Below, piece by piece: positions 59,655-64,000 of a DNA stretch of 64,000 bases. Below the pieces are notes generated by a model. The model did no database searches. It saw only the letters and a list, made by a program, of their open reading frames with translations, and was not told where the DNA came from. Made by a program: the position numbers and the translations under genes. The stretch is from Armatimonadota bacterium. Its GTDB lineage: Bacteria > Armatimonadota > SYMT01. Within the stretch, counting starts at the first letter, position 1. Every line of letters starts with the position of its first letter. Location of the stretch: assembly GCA_041690135.1 (NCBI GenBank), contig JAWLHY010000001.1:448001-512000 (forward strand), read 5' to 3'.

Positions 59655-60172
59655 AGATTTATCTTGATTTTGAGGATGAGCTGGCCCTGATCGACGAGCT
59701 CCCCTTCGGCTGCGAGGATCTCCTGAACGGTACCGGCGCCGGGAGCGGGGAGGGAGAGTTGCATCTTCATCGACTCCAGCACGAACACCGGCGCGCCGGC
59801 CTCCACGGGATCTCCCACCGCCACCAAGACCTTGCGGACGATGCCCGGCATCGGGGCCGTCAGATCTCCGTGTGAGGCAGCGGCGGACCGGCGGTCCGCA
59901 GTCGCCTCGTCGGTTCGGGACAGTTCGAACACAAAGGTGTCGCCGTCGATCCAGAGGTGTAGTTCACTGCCGGTGCGCGCCCAGTAGCAGGGGAGCACCT
60001 GGGTTCCGTGCCGCAGAATGCCGCCCTGGTTCCCCAGAAGCTCCAGTTCCCCTTCCGCCGCTCCCGACGGCCCTTCCAGGGTCAGGCGGACCGGCCCCTC
60101 TCGTAGGGCTTGCTTTTCGAGGCGCAGCTCCAGCGGTTCGGCACCCAGGGGGCAGAGTGTGACCCTGTCCAT
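59651..60172 (-). CDS. Biotin carboxyl carrier subunit
   Basis: APMPG, ESMKM; ATG overlaps upstream TGA. Confidence 0.92.
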   Translation of the reverse strand: MDRVTLCPLGAEPLELRLEKQALREGPVRLTLEGPSGAAEGELELLGNQGGILRHGTQVLPCYWARTGSELHLWIDGDTFVFELSRTDEATADRRSAAASHGDLTAPMPGIVRKVLVAVGDPVEAGAPVFVLESMKMQLSLPAPGAGTVQEILAAEGELVDQGQLILKIKINL

Positions 60173-61668
60173 CAGGCAAGCCTCCAGTTTCCGGCTTCCA
60201 GCCATGGTGAGGGTCGTGCTCCCGCGCCGGAGCGCGAAGGCCGGTTGCCCGCAGCTACCGTAGGCCTTTCCGTAGCGGCCCATCCCGCCACCAGGAGGGC
60301 CTCCTGGAGAACGCCTGGTGGCGCGGGAGCAATGGCATGTTCGTCCAGGAAGTGCGTGTGCAGGTCCCCGGTCGCAAACGAGGGATGGCGGATCAGGTTG
60401 CGCAGGAACGGGATATTGGTGCGCACGCCCAGGATCACGAACCGCGATAGGGCCAGGTCCATCCGGGCCAGGGCGGACGGACGGTCTTCAGCCCAGACGA
60501 TCAACTTCGCCAGCAGGGGATCGTAGTGGATCGTCACCTCGGAGCCTTCCTCCACGCCGCTGTCCACGCGGATGCCGGGCCCCGCCGGAGCGCGATAGAC
60601 CTGGATCCGTCCCGTGCTGGGAAGATATCCCCGGGAGGGGTCCTCCGCATAGACCCGGCACTCCAGGGCGTGGCCCTCTTGCTTCAGCTCTTCCTGGCGG
60701 AACGGCAGGGGTTGCCCCGCGGCAATGGCGAACTGCGCGCGCACAAGATCGAGGCCGGTGACCAGCTCCGTAACCGGGTGCTCCACTTGCAGGCGGGTGT
60801 TCACCTCCAGGAAGTAGAAGTTGCGCTGCGCGTCCAGGATGAACTCCACCGTTCCCGCGTTCTCATAGCCCAGCGCCTGGGCGGCCCGGACCGCCGCCTC
60901 TCCCATCCGGGCGCGGAGATCCGGGTCGAGCGCGGGAGAAGGGGACTCCTCGATGATCTTCTGGTGGCGCCGCTGCACGGAGCACTCCCGCTCGAACAGG
61001 TGCACCGCGGCGCCATGGCGGTCGCCGAAGATCTGCACCTCCACGTGCCGGGGCCGTTCCAGGTACTTTTCCAGAAAGACGCGCCCGTCCCCAAAGCTCT
61101 TCTCCGCTTCGGAGCGCGCGTCGGCGATGGCAGCCTCCAGGCCGGCCGGGGTGTCCACGCGCCGCATGCCGCGGCCGCCGCCGCCCGCCGCCGCCTTCAC
61201 CAGGATGGGGTAACCCAGCCCTTCCGCGGCGCGCCGGGCTTCCGCCAGGGCCGAGACATCCCCCGTCCAGCCGGGCACCACCGGTACGCCCGCCTCCTCC
61301 ATTACCTGCTTGGCCGTCACTTTGTCGCCCATGGCCGCAATGACCTGGGACGAAGGACCAATGAGGCGGATTCCTGCCGCTTCCAGCTTGGCGGCGAACT
61401 CCGCGTTCTCGGAGAGGAAGCCGTAGCCCGGGTGGACCGCCTCCGCGCCGCACTCCCGGGCGACCTCCACCAGCCGGTCCGCGTTGAGGTACGTTTCCGC
61501 GGCGGATGCCCCTTCCAGGCGATGGCTTTCGTCGGCCAGGCGCGCGTGGAGGGCCTGGCGGTCCGGATCGGAGTAGACCGCCACCGACGGGATGCCCACC
61601 TCGCGCAGGGACTGAAGCACGCGGACCGCGATCTCGCCGCGGTTGGCGACGAGAACTTTACGCAGCAC
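60172..61668 (-). CDS. Biotin carboxylase (methylcrotonyl-CoA carboxylase alpha, BC part)
   Basis: KVLVANRGEIA, HPGYGFLSEN, GGGGRGM, RLQVEHPVTE. Confidence 0.96.
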   Translation of the reverse strand: MLRKVLVANRGEIAVRVLQSLREVGIPSVAVYSDPDRQALHARLADESHRLEGASAAETYLNADRLVEVARECGAEAVHPGYGFLSENAEFAAKLEAAGIRLIGPSSQVIAAMGDKVTAKQVMEEAGVPVVPGWTGDVSALAEARRAAEGLGYPILVKAAAGGGGRGMRRVDTPAGLEAAIADARSEAEKSFGDGRVFLEKYLERPRHVEVQIFGDRHGAAVHLFERECSVQRRHQKIIEESPSPALDPDLRARMGEAAVRAAQALGYENAGTVEFILDAQRNFYFLEVNTRLQVEHPVTELVTGLDLVRAQFAIAAGQPLPFRQEELKQEGHALECRVYAEDPSRGYLPSTGRIQVYRAPAGPGIRVDSGVEEGSEVTIHYDPLLAKLIVWAEDRPSALARMDLALSRFVILGVRTNIPFLRNLIRHPSFATGDLHTHFLDEHAIAPAPPGVLQEALLVAGWAATERPTVAAGNRPSRSGAGARPSPWLEAGNWRLA

Positions 61669-62461
61669 CGTCCAGGTCTCCCGGATGCCAGGAGGGCCGG
61701 CGTTTATCCAGAAAGGCGCGGATCCCCTCCTGGCCCTCCGAAGAGGCACGGCGATCCGCCAATCGCCCCGCCATCTCCTTCAGCACCGCTTCCCACTCCG
61801 CGTCCGAAAGCGGGTCGGTGAGCGCCTTGGCTCCGGCCATCGCCTCCGGCCCGTTGGTGAGAATCTGGCGGATCCAGCGCTGCACCGTTTCATCCAGCTC
61901 GGGAAGCGACCCGACCGTTTCGGAAACGAGGCCCAGCTCGCGGGCAGCCGGGGCCGGGATCCGCTCGCCGGTGAGGAAGTACCGGCGGACCTGTCCGTGC
62001 GGCGCCTTGCGGAAGACGAACGGCGAGATGACCGCCGGAACCAGTCCCAGCTTGACCTCGCTGAAGCAGAAGCCGACGGTTTCGAGCGCCACCGACATGT
62101 CACACGCCGCCGCCAGGCCCACGCCACCCCCGTACACGGAGCCGTGGATGCGGGCAATGACCGGCTTGGGGCACCGGTACAGGGTAAGGAGCATGCGCCC
62201 CAGGCGCAGCGCTTCCTCTGTGCTTTCCTCCCGGCTGACGCTGGCCGAAGACCGCAGCCAGTTCAGGTCGCCGCCCGCACAGAAGGAGGGTCCCGTCCCC
62301 TGGAGGACGATAGCCCGCACCCCCGGCGCCGCACCCATTCCCTGGAAGGCGCGCTGAAGCTCATCGATCATCTGCGGGTTGAGCGCGTTATGAACCTCGG
62401 GCCGGTTCAGGGTGACCTGGGCCCAGGTTCCGCGGATGGTAACTCGAATGGTGTCCCACAT
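61658..62461 (-). CDS. Methylglutaconyl-CoA hydratase (crotonase family)
   Basis: LNRPEVHNA, FCAGGDL, GGGVGL, SEVKLGL; leucine-catabolism context. Confidence 0.93.
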   Translation of the reverse strand: MWDTIRVTIRGTWAQVTLNRPEVHNALNPQMIDELQRAFQGMGAAPGVRAIVLQGTGPSFCAGGDLNWLRSSASVSREESTEEALRLGRMLLTLYRCPKPVIARIHGSVYGGGVGLAAACDMSVALETVGFCFSEVKLGLVPAVISPFVFRKAPHGQVRRYFLTGERIPAPAARELGLVSETVGSLPELDETVQRWIRQILTNGPEAMAGAKALTDPLSDAEWEAVLKEMAGRLADRRASSEGQEGIRAFLDKRRPSWHPGDLDGAA

Positions 62462-62463
62462 GC

Positions 62464-62525
62464 TCGTAGTGCGTGTTGCGTAGTGCGTGCTGCGTAGTGC
62501 GTGCTGCGTATTTCGTGATGCGTAA
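62464..62525 (+). repeat. 7-bp tandem repeat TGCGT(AG/GC), ~9 units with 14-bp higher-order period
   Basis: tgcgtgt tgcgtag tgcgtgc tgcgtag tgcgtgc tgcgtat ttcgtga tgcgtaa. Confidence 0.92.
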
Positions 62526-62647
62526 CTGGAACCAATTGACGCCCAAAGCGGTTGCCTCGAACCGTCGATGGGAAAGTGTTCCCGTCACCCCCGGTTCATT
62601 CTTCCCTTCCAATCTGCGAAATCTGTGGCTTCCTTTCGCCGTCGGCA

Positions 62648-64000
62648 TCACATGCGGAACACACCGGTCCGCCGGTCGGGCCACGGGGCGTTGAGGGAGG
62701 CGGAGATCCCCAGGGCCAGGACCATGCGCGTGTCCAGCGGATCGATGATGCCGTCGTCCCACAGGCGGGCCGTGCTGTAGTAAGCGCTGCTTTCCCCGGC
62801 GTAACGGTCCAGGATCGGTTGCTTGAACGCTTCTTCCTCTTCCGGGCTCATCGCCGGTTGGCCCTGGGCGGCGGACTGGTCCTTCTTGATCGTGAGCAGC
62901 ACGTTAGCCGCCTGCTCGCCGCCCATTACCGAGATCCGGGCATTCGGCCACATCCAGAGCTGCCGCGGTCCGTAGGCGCGGCCGCACATGCCGTAGTTTC
63001 CGGCCCCGAACGATCCGCCGATGACGACGGTGAACTTCGGCACGGAGGCGTTAGCGACGGCCTGGACCATCTTCGCGCCGTCCTTCGCAATGCCGCCGGT
63101 CTCGTATCGTTTGCCGACCATGAAGCCGGTGATGTTCTGGAAAAAGACCAATGGGATGCGTCGCTGTTCGCACAACTCGATGAAGTGGGTCGCCTTGAGC
63201 GCGCTCTCCGAAAAGAGGACGCCGTTGTTGGCCAGGATGCCGACGAGGTGACCCCAGATCCGCGCGAAACCGCAGACGAGCGTGGTGCCGTACAGTGCCT
63301 TGAACTCCTGGAAGCGGCTCCCGTCCACAATCCGCGCCAGGATCTCCCGCACGTCATATTGCACGCGGGGATCGGCCGGCAGGATGCCGTAGAGCTCCTC
63401 GGGATCGTAGCGCGGCTCTTCGGGCTCGGCGATGTCGAGGGGCTGTTTCTCCGGTCGATTGAGGGATTCCACGATGCCCCGGGTGATCCGGAGCGCATCC
63501 TCGTCATCCAGGGCATAGTGGTCCGCCACCCCGGAGGTCCGGCAGTGGACGTCCGCCCCGCCGAGCTCTTCCGCGGAGACTTCCTCCCCCGTGGCCGCCT
63601 TTACCAGGGGCGGGCCGCCGAGGAAGATGGTCCCCTGGTTGCGCACCATCACCGCCTCGTCGCTCATCGCCGGCACGTAGGCGCCGCCCGCAGTGCACGA
63701 GCCCATCACCACGGCGATCTGCGGCACGTTCAGCGCCGACATCCGCGCCTGGTTATAGAAGATCCGCCCGAAGTGGTCGCGGTCCGGAAACACCTCCGCC
63801 TGCAGCGGGAGGTAGGCGCCGCCCGAATCAACCAGGTAGATACACGGCAGGTGGTTCTCCAGCGCGATCTCCTGCGCCCGCAGGTGCTTCTTCACGGTGA
63901 GCGGATAATAGGTGCCCGCCTTGACCGTGGCGTCGTTGGCGACCACCATCACCTCGCGCCCGTGAACCACGCCGATCCCGATCACGATCCCCGCGGCAGG
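62648..64000 (-). CDS. Methylcrotonyl-CoA carboxylase beta (carboxyltransferase), 5' truncated by window
   Basis: [43 protein letters not shown]. Confidence 0.96.
   Translation of the reverse strand, partial: PAAGIVIGIGVVHGREVMVVANDATVKAGTYYPLTVKKHLRAQEIALENHLPCIYLVDSGGAYLPLQAEVFPDRDHFGRIFYNQARMSALNVPQIAVVMGSCTAGGAYVPAMSDEAVMVRNQGTIFLGGPPLVKAATGEEVSAEELGGADVHCRTSGVADHYALDDEDALRITRGIVESLNRPEKQPLDIAEPEEPRYDPEELYGILPADPRVQYDVREILARIVDGSRFQEFKALYGTTLVCGFARIWGHLVGILANNGVLFSESALKATHFIELCEQRRIPLVFFQNITGFMVGKRYETGGIAKDGAKMVQAVANASVPKFTVVIGGSFGAGNYGMCGRAYGPRQLWMWPNARISVMGGEQAANVLLTIKKDQSAAQGQPAMSPEEEEAFKQPILDRYAGESSAYYSTARLWDDGIIDPLDTRMVLALGISASLNAPWPDRRTGVFRM

Overview
GC-rich bacterial chromosome segment; gene content and style suggest Armatimonadota or a related terrabacterium (inference only). 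About 50 real CDSs are present and most long ORFs in the supplied track are antisense shadows. The left 39 kb is an accessory region. It starts with a paired AAA_35 (STAND-like) locus: a >1320-aa AAA_35-TM-coiled-coil-WD40 gene that the ORF track misses, plus a SARP/BTAD-AAA_35 activator. A tightly coupled 9-gene operon follows, joining propeller/NHL proteins and a degenerate ABC module to a TRAFAC GTPase/GAP1-N2-type conflict module. Next are a MoxR-bpX5-vWA-bpX6 ternary system and an FHA-Ser/Thr kinase-vWA-TPR operon. The right 25 kb is mostly housekeeping: an RspA-like dehydratase, cydAB, cinA-thpR-recA-recX-rny, sugar/nucleoside enzymes, uvsE and leucine-catabolism genes. Intergenic regions carry 7-16 bp tandem repeats, CGTC- and GTAG-type palindromic repeats and an orphan Rpn C-terminal mini-gene. 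No rRNA, tRNA, CRISPR array or transposase was seen. Family assignments come from motifs recognised by eye, not database searches.
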